This document shows positions 55,120-64,000 of a stretch of DNA of 64,000 bases, one piece after another. Source of the stretch: a bacterium (GTDB taxonomy: Bacteria > J088 > JAWLBW01); NCBI GenBank assembly GCA_041687475.1, contig JAWLBW010000001.1:4703-68702 (forward strand), written 5' to 3'. A program made the position numbers and the translations under genes. The notes under the pieces are model-generated. The model was not told where the DNA came from. It did no database searches and was given only the letters and a program-made list of their open reading frames with translations. Each line of letters begins with the position of its first letter. The first letter of the stretch is position 1.

Positions 55120-55764
55120 TCAGCGGGTGAGCCGTGAGAACCGGTAAATGACACCCGGTTCATTGCAGTCGAGCGCCCGCAGAGTGCCGTCGGCGACTTC
55201 TTCAACGCTGCGCAGGCAGCTGACTTCCGGACCCTCGGTGGTCTGTGCTCGGAAAACCGCCACGTCGCCGAATCGCCAACAGCGAACGTCTGTATAGCGA
55301 TACTCTTCTCCGGGCCTCACGAGAAAGCCCTGCACGCCTTCTTCGGCTTCGCACCAACGCAGGCGCATCGGTTCTTCGGTCAACGTCAGGGTGTCGAGGC
55401 GAATTCCCTCGAGAATGTCGTCTGTCCGGGGCTGGGGCGGGCGCCGTGCCTCACGCAGCTTCTTACGCACATCTTGAAGATCGTTCTGTACGCGCCGTCC
55501 CAGGTTCTCGACGTCGGCAACCCGAACATCCTGTTCCTGCACGGTGTCGGCCAGTACATTGAAACCGTCGCCCATTGCATCGAACCCGGTCTGCAGCAGG
55601 CGGGTTTCGTGGGTGTTTTCTTCAACGCGGGCCTCTGTTACGGTTTGGCGCCGCTCGACGGTGTCGACCTTACGCGACAGGGCTTCGACCCGCTCGGCGG
55701 GGGCATAGTCGCAGGCAAGCAGAAAAACGACGGTGACGACGGCAGGGCGCATGCCCGTCAGCAT
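55120..55764 (-). CDS. Hypothetical lipoprotein
   Basis: Lipobox VVFLLAC followed by a coiled-coil-like segment. The start is at 55764 or 55752. Confidence 0.45.
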   Translation of the reverse strand: MLTGMRPAVVTVVFLLACDYAPAERVEALSRKVDTVERRQTVTEARVEENTHETRLLQTGFDAMGDGFNVLADTVQEQDVRVADVENLGRRVQNDLQDVRKKLREARRPPQPRTDDILEGIRLDTLTLTEEPMRLRWCEAEEGVQGFLVRPGEEYRYTDVRCWRFGDVAVFRAQTTEGPEVSCLRSVEEVADGTLRALDCNEPGVIYRFSRLTR

Positions 55765-55814
55765 ACCGCTTCGTGGGCGAACAGCGCAACGATACCCCCG
55801 GGCAGTACCGGCTC

Positions 55815-56504
55815 TCAGTGATTGATGAAAATGCGGTCGGCCGAAACCCCGTGGTCTGCGAGGCAACGACCTACCTTTTCGACCATGCCCGGATGGCCGC
55901 ATAGAAAAACGGAAAGGCGTTCGGGCGATTCGAGATAGGTGGGCACGGCATCCTGCACATAACCCCGAAAGCCCTGCCAGCTCTTGCGGGGCCGGCTCAG
56001 ACAGAGGCACAACTCGACATCCATGCCCTGCCAGTCGTCGTATTCGTCGCGAAAGGCCAACGACTCTTCGTCTACCGAACCGTACACCAGCGATATTCGG
56101 CCGAAACGGGTACGGTCGGCGGAGATCTGACGCAGAACGACGCGCAGCGGGGCGATGCCCGTACCGGTGGCGACCATGAGCAGGTCGCGACCTTCCTGCT
56201 CGAAGACCGGGTAGCCTGGCCCGCTTGCGCGGCTCATGAGAACAGTGTCGCCCGGCTGCAGTTCGGCCAGAGGGCCGGTCTTGGCCTTGTGAGGCTGATG
56301 CCTGATGAGAAACCGCAGCACCGGTTCGCCCGGCTGCGAGGCAATACTGAAGTAACCGGGCGCCGAATGCTCGGTCGACAGGGTCACGTACTGGCCGGCC
56401 CGCTCATAGGAGGCGGCAATGGGCGTGTCCCGCGTATCGACCGACAGCAGAATGAGCTCTCGGCCGACATGTTCGACGCCGATGACTCTCGTGCTGAAGG
56501 TCAT
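55815..56504 (-). CDS. FNR-type FAD/NAD(P)-binding oxidoreductase
   Basis: RxYS-like FAD motif (QYVTLS...YFSIAS) and NAD(P) motif MVATGTGIAP. Confidence 0.6.
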   Translation of the reverse strand: MTFSTRVIGVEHVGRELILLSVDTRDTPIAASYERAGQYVTLSTEHSAPGYFSIASQPGEPVLRFLIRHQPHKAKTGPLAELQPGDTVLMSRASGPGYPVFEQEGRDLLMVATGTGIAPLRVVLRQISADRTRFGRISLVYGSVDEESLAFRDEYDDWQGMDVELCLCLSRPRKSWQGFRGYVQDAVPTYLESPERLSVFLCGHPGMVEKVGRCLADHGVSADRIFINH

Positions 56505-58000
56505 GTAGGCGTCGATTCAGAATCGGGAGTCGACTTTTCCTGTGATTTCTCGGAAGCACCGGCCTCTTGCTTCGGCTTTCGCGAGCGGCGGCGCGAGGGG
56601 CGGCGACGTTTTCGGGGCTCACCTTCGACAGGTGCGGCTTCGGACGACATCGGTCGGCTATCGGGCCGCTTGGCTTCTTCGTCGCCGGCGGTCGTTTCGG
56701 CTCGCCGAGGGGGCCGGTCTCTGCGGTCTTCGCTGCGCGGGCCGCGGCGGTCTGAACGTTCGCCGCGTCCACGACCGCGACCATCACGTTCTCCGCGACC
56801 CCGACCGCGGCCGTCACGTTCGTCACGGTACTGTCGAGGGCGTCGGGGGGCCGGTACTTCCTCGACTTCAGGAAGTTCGTCGGCCCAGATAACGGGAATT
56901 TCCTGGTCGATGTACTTCTGCACGCCCTCGAGATTGAAGGCCGAGTCTTCATCGACCAGAGCGAAGGCTTTACCGGTGGCGCCGGCGCGGGCCGTGCGGC
57001 CGATGCGATGCACGTAGTCTTCGGAGTCTGCCGGCAGGTCGTAATTGACGACGTGTGAAATGTCGTCGACGTGAAGGCCGCGCGAGGCGACATCGGTTGC
57101 CACGAGTATCTGCAGATCGCCCTGGGCGAACTCGACCACCATTTTCAAGCGTTTGCGCTGCGGCACATCGCCCGACAGTACGCCGACCTTGTAGCCGTTG
57201 GCTTCAAGCCTGCGCGCCACCATTTCGACCGCGCCCTTGGTGTTGGCGAAGATGATGGTACGCTCGGGCTTTTCCTGCGCCAGCAGCCGCAGCAGGGTGT
57301 GAAATTTCTGGGTACCTTCGACGTGAAAGAGAAACTGCTCGACACCTTCCGCCGTGATTTTCTCGGGTGTGACCGAGACCTCGGTGGGGGCGTTCATATG
57401 TTCGTAGGCCAGCTCGAGTACGTCAAAGCTCATCGTCGCGCTGAAGAGCATGCTCTGACGTTTGTCCCACGAGGGCAATCGCTTGAGAATGAAGCGAATG
57501 TCCTTGATGAAGCCCATGTCGAACATGCGGTCGGCCTCGTCGACCACCACAATTTCGATATTCTTCAGAATGAGAATTTTCTGACGATAATAATCCATCA
57601 GGCGGCCGGGCGTCGCGATGACGATGTCGGCGCCGGTGCGAATCGATTCTTTCTGCTTCTGGTAGTCCATGCCGCCGAAAATGACGGTCATGTTGAGGCC
57701 CACATGCTTGCCGAGAAGCTCGGCGTCGCGGTGAATCTGAAGCGCCAACTCTCGCGTGGGCGCCAGAACCAGCGCTCGCGGCAGGCCGTCGCCTTTCGAG
57801 GGATTACGCAGCAGTCGGCTGAAGATTGCTATGAGAAAGGCTGCCGTCTTGCCCGTGCCGGTCTGGGCCTGGCCGGCCACATCCTGCCCCCCGAGGGCGA
57901 TGGGAAGGGTCTTTTCCTGAATGGGGGTGGGGTTTACGAAGCCGGCTTCGCGTACGCCGGCCCGAACTGCTTCGGGAAGATCGAGATCATCAAATGTCAT
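56501..58000 (-). CDS. DEAD-box ATP-dependent RNA helicase with an RG-rich C-terminal tail
   Basis: Q motif, AQTGTGKT, DEAD, SAT, HRIGRTARAG. Tail ERDGRGRGRGERDGRGRGRGERSDRR. Confidence 0.9.
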   Translation of the reverse strand: MTFDDLDLPEAVRAGVREAGFVNPTPIQEKTLPIALGGQDVAGQAQTGTGKTAAFLIAIFSRLLRNPSKGDGLPRALVLAPTRELALQIHRDAELLGKHVGLNMTVIFGGMDYQKQKESIRTGADIVIATPGRLMDYYRQKILILKNIEIVVVDEADRMFDMGFIKDIRFILKRLPSWDKRQSMLFSATMSFDVLELAYEHMNAPTEVSVTPEKITAEGVEQFLFHVEGTQKFHTLLRLLAQEKPERTIIFANTKGAVEMVARRLEANGYKVGVLSGDVPQRKRLKMVVEFAQGDLQILVATDVASRGLHVDDISHVVNYDLPADSEDYVHRIGRTARAGATGKAFALVDEDSAFNLEGVQKYIDQEIPVIWADELPEVEEVPAPRRPRQYRDERDGRGRGRGERDGRGRGRGERSDRRGPRSEDRRDRPPRRAETTAGDEEAKRPDSRPMSSEAAPVEGEPRKRRRPSRRRSRKPKQEAGASEKSQEKSTPDSESTPT

Positions 58001-58099
58001 ATTTATTTTTTTCCTAATGCAACATTCTACATAACGATACCACCGGTAACAATCGGTTTTCGGCCCCCGAGCGCCCTTGCGAATGGACGGTTCGACAGT

Positions 58100-59695
58100 C
58101 TAGCGCTTCGATGAAAACCCGGCTTCGACGAGACCGCGGTAGTCTCCGCCGGGGTATAGAACGAAGTTTACGAGGCGGCTATCGTAAACGGCGATGTCGT
58201 CCTGATGCCAGAGGGTGATGTAGGGTAATTCCGTTGCGAGGGTCTGTTGTATATCGGCGTAAAGCCTGTTGCGCCGGTCTTCGTCTGTCTCGCTTCGGGC
58301 CTGTTCCAGCCAGCCGTCGACCTGGGGGGCGGCAAATCTTCCACGGTTGGCTCCCGCGGGCGGAACACTTGCCGAGTGAAAAATCTGGTACAGCACATCG
58401 GGCTCGACGATACCGACCCAGGTCAGGCTGAAGAGTTGAAAGTTTCCCTTTCTGATGTCTTCGAAAAAGGTGGCGAACTCGTAGGAGCGTACGTTGACGC
58501 CGATGCCGACCTGGCCGAGTTGCGCGGCAAAGGCCTCGGCCATACGCCGGCGCAGCGGGTTGGTCGACGTCTTGTATTCGATTTCGAAACGGACGCGTGG
58601 CCCCTCGTCATCGGGGTCCGGAAATCCGCCTTCGTCTAGCAGGCGACGGGCCAGAGCCTGGTCATGTCGATGGGGGGCAAGGCCCGAGGCATGGGCGGCC
58701 AGAAGCGGTGAGAGAATGGTTTCGGTCGGTGTTGCCGTTCCCCCCAGAAGGTGTCGGATGATTGCTTCCCGGTCTATCGCGTAGGCAATGGCCCGTCTCA
58801 CTCTGCGATGCGCCAGCACGGGGTCTTGGAGGTTGAATCCCAGGTAGGTCGCGTTCAGGCCGGGCTGCCGTACGACCTGCAACCGGTCGATGCCGGCGAG
58901 CGACGGCAGCGCATCGGGCGGAATGCTGTTGATCAACAGCTGCACGCTGCCCTTTCGAAGCTCGAGTAGCCGGGTAACGTCGTTGGGCACGGCTTTGATG
59001 ACGAGGCGTTCAATCCGGGCCCGCGTGCCGTGATATTGATTCCATGCGCCGAGTGTCGTTCGGGCGCCCGGTTCGAAATCGATGAGGCGATAGGGACCGG
59101 CGCCCACGGGCCGGCGTGAGAGTGCGCGCCCGCTGCCGTGGGGAACGATGCCCAGGGTAAGCGACTGCAGGAAGGGGGCGAAGGGCCGCTTCAGGTAGAA
59201 GCGAACGGTGTGGCTGTCGACGGCTTCGAGGCCGACCAGATGTTTGAATTGTTCACGCTTGGGGCTGCGAACCGTGGGGTCGGTTATTGAGCGGTAGGTA
59301 AAGACGACGTCTTCGGCCGTAAGCGGACGGCCGTCGTGAAATCGTGCATCGGTGCGCAGCCTGAACTCCCAGGTGCGGTCATCGCGCCGGCGCCACGACC
59401 GCGCGATGTCGGGACGAATGCGTAATTGCGCGTCGCGGGAAACAAGGCCCGCATACAGCAACCCGTTGATCCGCTCGGAGTAGGCATCGAGGGCAAAGCG
59501 AGGGTCGAAGTCGGAGGGCGCGCCCTCTTCGGCCAGTACGAGCGTACCCGGTGTGGCGCGGGGCGTGCACCCGTTGGTCCCTGCAATCGCAATCGCCAGG
59601 AAAAGTGCACTCGCGAGGCGGCCGAGTACACGCCATTTTCCCCTGACGGAGCCGATCGGCAGCCGGCCGTCAGATGGAGAGGGCCGCTTCGGCAT
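58100..59695 (-). CDS. ABC transporter substrate-binding lipoprotein, family 5 (peptide/nickel type)
   Basis: Cluster C SBP pattern across about 520 aa and lipobox IAGTNGC. The start is uncertain (59695 or 59761). Confidence 0.6.
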   Translation of the reverse strand: MPKRPSPSDGRLPIGSVRGKWRVLGRLASALFLAIAIAGTNGCTPRATPGTLVLAEEGAPSDFDPRFALDAYSERINGLLYAGLVSRDAQLRIRPDIARSWRRRDDRTWEFRLRTDARFHDGRPLTAEDVVFTYRSITDPTVRSPKREQFKHLVGLEAVDSHTVRFYLKRPFAPFLQSLTLGIVPHGSGRALSRRPVGAGPYRLIDFEPGARTTLGAWNQYHGTRARIERLVIKAVPNDVTRLLELRKGSVQLLINSIPPDALPSLAGIDRLQVVRQPGLNATYLGFNLQDPVLAHRRVRRAIAYAIDREAIIRHLLGGTATPTETILSPLLAAHASGLAPHRHDQALARRLLDEGGFPDPDDEGPRVRFEIEYKTSTNPLRRRMAEAFAAQLGQVGIGVNVRSYEFATFFEDIRKGNFQLFSLTWVGIVEPDVLYQIFHSASVPPAGANRGRFAAPQVDGWLEQARSETDEDRRNRLYADIQQTLATELPYITLWHQDDIAVYDSRLVNFVLYPGGDYRGLVEAGFSSKR

Positions 59696-60347
59696 TACGC
59701 CGCAGGGCTCCGATGGTTTCCCGGTAATTCTTGCTGTTGAAGACCGCCGAACCGGCAACAATCATGCTGGCGCCGGCTTTGGCGACATCGGCAATGTTGT
59801 CGACCTTCACGCCGCCGTCGACTTCGATGGGCACGTCACTGCGCCCCCGGCTGTCGAGCAATTGCCGCACGGCGCGAATTTTGCCCAGCGCAGAGGGAAT
59901 GAAGGCCTGGCCGCCGAAACCCGGATTCACGCTCATGATAAGTACGTAGTCGAGGTCGTCGATAACGTATTCGATGGCGTCTACCGGCGTTGCCGGATTG
60001 AGAACCACGCCGGCCCTGGCGCCGTTGTCCTTGATGAGGTGCAGGGTACGATGCAGGTGAAAACCGGCTTCGGGATGCACGGAAATCATGGCGGCGCCCT
60101 GTTTCGCAAACTCGGGAATAAGCAAATCTGGCTCGACCATCATAAGATGACAATCGATTGGAAGCGTGGTCGAGCGGCGCACGGCGTCGACCAGCATGGG
60201 GCCGATGGTCAGGTTCGGAACGAAGCGACCGTCCATCACGTCGAAATGAATGATATCGGCGCCTGCTTCTTCACAGGCCTTCACTTCCTCGCCCAGGCGC
60301 GAGAAGTCGGCAGAAAGAATACTTGGTGCAATCTTGATGGGGTGCAT
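59670..60347 (-). CDS. rpe: Ribulose-phosphate 3-epimerase
   Basis: Canonical PSILSADF N-terminus, HFDVMDGRFVPN, and Rpe C-terminal pattern. Confidence 0.85.
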   Translation of the reverse strand: MHPIKIAPSILSADFSRLGEEVKACEEAGADIIHFDVMDGRFVPNLTIGPMLVDAVRRSTTLPIDCHLMMVEPDLLIPEFAKQGAAMISVHPEAGFHLHRTLHLIKDNGARAGVVLNPATPVDAIEYVIDDLDYVLIMSVNPGFGGQAFIPSALGKIRAVRQLLDSRGRSDVPIEVDGGVKVDNIADVAKAGASMIVAGSAVFNSKNYRETIGALRRNAEAALSI

Positions 60348-60402
60348 CGCTAACCTGAAAGTTTACAGTGTAACCGTGTCGCCGCGCCCGTACCACCACG
60401 GG

Positions 60403-61089
60403 CTACGTCTCGCGTTGTCCGAAGATGGCCGTGCCGACCCTGACCCAGGTGGCTCCTTCGGCAATGGCCGTCTCGAAATCGCCGCTCATGCCCATGGACA
60501 GGTCGGGCAGGGCAACATGGAATTCACCGGCAAGCCTGTCGCGAAGCAGGCGCAGTTCACGAAACCAGTGCCGTGTTTCTTTGGGAGATCCCTCGGGCGG
60601 AATGGTCATGAGCCCGCGCCATGCAAGGCCCTGCGAATCGTGCAGCAGCGTGCCCAGGCGTGTTGCCTCGGCAACCGAAGCCCCCGACTTCGAAGCTTCG
60701 CCGGCAATGTTGATCTGCAGAAAAACATCGAGCTTTGCCTGGCGGGCGTCGGCCGCCGCCTGCAAACGGCGGATGGAAGATTCGGAGTCGACCCCGTGAA
60801 CCCATGCGCGACGCCGGCTCAGCTCGTTGGCCTTGCGAGACTGCACGTGGCCGATGAAATGCCAGGTAATGTCGTCGAGATCGGCGAGGGCTTCCTGCTT
60901 TCCGGCCAGCTCCTGCAGGTAGTTTTCGCCGAAGTGGCGCTGCCCGGCCATGTAAGCTTCGCGAATGGCCTCGACCGGTTGTCGCTTGCTCACGGCAATG
61001 AGGTGCACGTCGGCGGGGTCACGACCGGCAGCCGTCGCGGCGGTGGCCATGCGATGCCTGATTGCTTCAAGTCGCTCGGCGGTATTCAT
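60403..61089 (-). CDS. yggS: YggS-family pyridoxal-phosphate homeostasis protein
   Basis: AVSKRQP (PLP lysine), HFIGHVQSRK. ATG at 61089 verified. Confidence 0.8.
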   Translation of the reverse strand: MNTAERLEAIRHRMATAATAAGRDPADVHLIAVSKRQPVEAIREAYMAGQRHFGENYLQELAGKQEALADLDDITWHFIGHVQSRKANELSRRRAWVHGVDSESSIRRLQAAADARQAKLDVFLQINIAGEASKSGASVAEATRLGTLLHDSQGLAWRGLMTIPPEGSPKETRHWFRELRLLRDRLAGEFHVALPDLSMGMSGDFETAIAEGATWVRVGTAIFGQRET

Positions 61090-61679
61090 GCCGTCACGCC
61101 CCGGGTGGCGACGGGCAGCCCGAATACACGAAGCAACTGCACCACTTCGGACAGGGGTAGACCGATGACATTGGTTACCGACCCCTCGATACGTGGAATG
61201 AAGTGTGCCGCCCGTCCCTGAATGGCGTAACCGCCGGCCTTGTCGAACGGCTCGCCCGTACCGACATACCACTCGATTTCATCGAGCGAAAGCTCGCGAA
61301 AGGTCACGTTTGTGGTCACGCTACCGGTCACGACCCTCCCACCCGGCGTGGCAAGCGCATAGCCTGTGGTCACCGCGTGTTCCCCACCCGAAAGTCTGCG
61401 AAGCATGAAGACCGCCTCGTCGTGATCGGCCGGTTTTCCGAAGATGTGGCCGTGTATGCTCACGGTAGTGTCGGCTCCCAGTACGAACGCGTCGAGGTTA
61501 CGACGGGCGGCGACCGCCGACGCTTTTGCCTGCGCGAGGCGGCGTACGTAGATTTCGGGCTCTTCTCCCGGACGCACCGATTCGTCGACGTCTGCCGCAT
61601 CGACGTCGAATGTCAGTGCTACCGAATCGAGCAGCTCGCGCCGTCGCGGCGATTGGGATGCAAGTATGAAAAGCGCCAT
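61086..61679 (-). CDS. maf: Maf-like nucleoside triphosphate pyrophosphatase
   Basis: LILASQSPRRREL N-terminus and GADTTV. ATGA overlap with yggS. Confidence 0.8.
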   Translation of the reverse strand: MALFILASQSPRRRELLDSVALTFDVDAADVDESVRPGEEPEIYVRRLAQAKASAVAARRNLDAFVLGADTTVSIHGHIFGKPADHDEAVFMLRRLSGGEHAVTTGYALATPGGRVVTGSVTTNVTFRELSLDEIEWYVGTGEPFDKAGGYAIQGRAAHFIPRIEGSVTNVIGLPLSEVVQLLRVFGLPVATRGVTA

Positions 61680-61904
61680 GGGCCGTCGAGGAAAGAGGTC
61701 ATGCCGAAAAGGTTCATTATACAAAACGCGGTGCGGTGGGCCCAGCAGCCCGACAATCATGTGTCCTCTCAGCGCCCGCAAGGCGCACGCCCGCCTCCAA
61801 TGCGGCTTCCGGAGTTGGTGCGCGTATTCTCGACCGATACCGAGGCGGCTGGAATTCTGGGATGTCTGCCGATAGAATGACGAGATCCCATTTCGTACAT
61901 TCTG

Positions 61905-64000
61905 GTGAAAAAAGCAGGAGACAAGAAAACCAGCCGCACGCAGGCGGCTTCGCGGCGCAAGAAGGCCGGCAAGCCCAAACGGTCACGCAGGCCACAGGCG
62001 CCAGGGGCGCTGTGGCTGGCATCGGCCGTCGTCGGGCTTACCTTGCTTGTTGCGGGCGTCTTTTACCTGTGGACGCTGGACCGGAGTGTGGTGCGCCGTT
62101 TCGAGAGCAACCGCTTCTCAATTCCCTCGTCTGTTTTCAGCCGCCCGGTCGAGTATTTTCGCGGCAGCACGATCGAGCGCGACCAGGTGGTCGCCCTGTT
62201 GCGTGAACTCGATTACGCCTCGACGCGTGAACGCCGGGTGCGTACCGGCGAATACAGACTCGATGCGGGCGAGCGCATCGTGGTTCGAACGCACGAGTTC
62301 GTTCTGCCGGGTGAGCCGACCTTCGACAGCCGCACCTATCAGCTCGACTTCGTCGACGGCAAGCTCACCCGCATTCGGAATGCAGACACCGGCGAATTGC
62401 TCGAGGTGGCGCGATTCGAGCCTCTTCTGCTCGGGCGTTTCTACGGCCCCGACAGAGAAACCCGCGAACTCGTCAGTTTCGCCGATGTGAGCGAGCGTTT
62501 CGTGCCGGCTCTTCTGGCCGCCGAAGATGCGCGGTTCTTCGACCATCCGGGCATCGATATTCTCGGCCTCATGCGGGCAGCCATCGTCAACCTGCGCCAC
62601 GGAGGCGTGCGGCAGGGCGGCAGCACGATTACGCAGCAGCTGGTCAAGAATCTCTGGTTGACGCCCGAGCGCACCTTCCGGCGAAAATTCAATGAAATAC
62701 TCATGTCGCTGCTGCTCGAGCGGCATTACGAGAAGAGCCAGATTCTCGAAACCTATGCCAACGCCATTTATCTCGGGCAGCGGGGCAGCGTTTCCATCAT
62801 TGGAGTAGGCCAGGCTTCTCGCTACTATTTCGGAAAGCCGGTAAACGAGTTGACCTGGGGTGAAGCCGCAACGTTGGCGGGTCTCATCCGTTCTCCGGCA
62901 AGGTACAACCCCTTTTCCGCGCCCGAACGCTCACGCGGAAGGCGTGACGATGTTCTGTCTGCGCTTCACCAGATGGGCTTTCTCGACCAGGACGCTCTGG
63001 CAAAGGCCAAAGCCGAGACCCTTCGCACCGAGCCGCCTGCTGAAAAATCGCGTCGCGCAGCCTACTTCGTCGATCACCTCTCGAAGACCATCGCCGATGA
63101 ATTCGACGCCGAAGAGTTGCAGACGGCGGGCCTCGAGGTCTACACCACAGTCTCGGCGCCGCTGCAGCTAGCCGCCGAACAGGCGGTCTACAACGGGCTT
63201 GCGTATCTGACAAAACGCTACGATTTGCAGAATCTGAATCTCCAGGCTGCGCTCGTTTCCGTCGAACCCCGTTCCGGGCGAATCGTGGCTTACGTGGGCG
63301 GGCGCAATTATGCCGAGTCGCAGTTTGATCGGGTGTCGCAGGCCAAGCGCCAGATAGGCTCACTCATCAAACCCTTTGTTTTCTATGCGGCGGTGCGTAA
63401 CGGTTACCCCGTGACCTCGAAACTGAGCAATGAGCCGCTCGAGATTCCGACGAGCCAGGGTATCTGGAAACCTCAGAACTACGACAACAAATCAGGCGGC
63501 ATGGTTACCGTGCGCGATGCCCTGACCCGCTCGCTCAACCTTCCGACCGTGCGCATTGCCATGGAAGTCGGGCTGCAGGAGATTCGCACGGTACTCGAAG
63601 ACGCCGGCTTTGATTCGACCATTCCGCTGTACCCGGCGCTGGCCCTGGGCGCCCTTGAAGCCTCTCCGCTGGAAGTGGCGCAGGCCTACGCATCGCTTGC
63701 CGCTCTTGGCGAAAGATTCGAACCGTCGGGCCTCGATCTTATCGCCGATCAGGAACGGAAGGTTCTCAAGTCCGTGGTTCGCGACGGCCGGCTCATGCTT
63801 GATCCGGCCTCGGTCTATGTACTCGAGCAACTGCTCGTTGGTGTCGTGAACGAGGGTACCGGGCAGGAGGCGCTACGCATCGGGTACGAGGGCGATCTTG
63901 CCGGCAAGACAGGTACGACCAGCGACTACCGCGACGCCTGGTTTGCCGGCTTCACGCCGAATCTCGTAACCGTGGTCTGGGTGGGAACCGACGACAACAA
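61905..64000 (+). CDS. Class-A penicillin-binding protein (GT51 transglycosylase plus transpeptidase); the 5' part only, running off the window
   Basis: GTG at 61905, N-terminal TM, GT51 motifs EDARFFDHPGID, GGSTITQQL, RKFNEIL. The frame is open to 64000. Confidence 0.8.
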   Translation, partial: MKKAGDKKTSRTQAASRRKKAGKPKRSRRPQAPGALWLASAVVGLTLLVAGVFYLWTLDRSVVRRFESNRFSIPSSVFSRPVEYFRGSTIERDQVVALLRELDYASTRERRVRTGEYRLDAGERIVVRTHEFVLPGEPTFDSRTYQLDFVDGKLTRIRNADTGELLEVARFEPLLLGRFYGPDRETRELVSFADVSERFVPALLAAEDARFFDHPGIDILGLMRAAIVNLRHGGVRQGGSTITQQLVKNLWLTPERTFRRKFNEILMSLLLERHYEKSQILETYANAIYLGQRGSVSIIGVGQASRYYFGKPVNELTWGEAATLAGLIRSPARYNPFSAPERSRGRRDDVLSALHQMGFLDQDALAKAKAETLRTEPPAEKSRRAAYFVDHLSKTIADEFDAEELQTAGLEVYTTVSAPLQLAAEQAVYNGLAYLTKRYDLQNLNLQAALVSVEPRSGRIVAYVGGRNYAESQFDRVSQAKRQIGSLIKPFVFYAAVRNGYPVTSKLSNEPLEIPTSQGIWKPQNYDNKSGGMVTVRDALTRSLNLPTVRIAMEVGLQEIRTVLEDAGFDSTIPLYPALALGALEASPLEVAQAYASLAALGERFEPSGLDLIADQERKVLKSVVRDGRLMLDPASVYVLEQLLVGVVNEGTGQEALRIGYEGDLAGKTGTTSDYRDAWFAGFTPNLVTVVWVGTDDN

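Noticed and set aside
1-64000. tRNA, rRNA, CRISPR array, IS element or integrase
   Set aside because: Intergenic regions were scanned for tRNA-like GTTCGAAT T-loop contexts. These were found only inside coding regions. No repeat-spacer periodicity, rRNA-like segments, transposase or integrase motifs, or inverted terminal repeats were seen.

Overview
This is a 64 kb window at roughly 64-66% GC from a Gram-negative (diderm) bacterium, with no rRNA, tRNA, CRISPR array, IS element or prophage signal visible. The diderm assignment rests on outer-membrane beta-barrels, lipobox lipoproteins, a Wza-family export protein and a PpiD-like chaperone. Gene density is high, with many ATGA/GTGA start-stop overlaps. 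Most long ORFs in the supplied track that lie antisense to recognisable genes are GC-driven artefacts.

Housekeeping and metabolism genes recognised by motif include bioD, a PpiD-like chaperone, an OsmC/Ohr protein, a bacterioferritin-like protein, rlmD, nth and a SpoU/TrmH methyltransferase. Also recognised are lon, rng (RNase G), mgtE, a DEAD-box helicase with an RG-rich tail, rpe, yggS, maf and the 5' part of a class-A penicillin-binding protein. Further genes include an HSD10-like SDR plus crotonase pair, a MaoC-type double-hotdog hydratase, an M23 peptidase, and an ECF sigma factor with its anti-sigma partner.

The most system-like feature is a roughly 13 kb, nine-gene minus-strand operon at 27957-41004. 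It encodes a Wzc-type tyrosine autokinase, a short 279 aa Wza/OPX protein with no C-terminal outer-membrane helix, an adjacent 420 aa outer-membrane beta-barrel, two small secreted proteins and three large TPR proteins (457, 1062 and 858 aa). The 858 aa protein and the first gene of the operon (243 aa) share a coiled-coil plus C-terminal beta-domain module. The arrangement matches the recently described composite OPX/beta-barrel polysaccharide export route with an unexplained TPR and coiled-coil scaffold. The operon is flanked by two proteins carrying near-consensus tandem 24-residue MshEN-type motifs (the high-affinity c-di-GMP binding motif; one protein also has DUF4388), a stand-alone receiver protein and a UDP-sugar epimerase.

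Second-look items include an outer-membrane beta-barrel gene split by a single in-frame TAG and co-operonic with a 763 aa Ig-like lipoprotein. A Tat-signal PLP enzyme of the ACC-deaminase/D-cysteine desulfhydrase fold sits beside a secreted MBL-fold hydrolase. There is also an extended -10 promoter with a roughly 200 nt leader upstream of rng. All calls come from reading the sequence and remembered family motifs. No database search was run.
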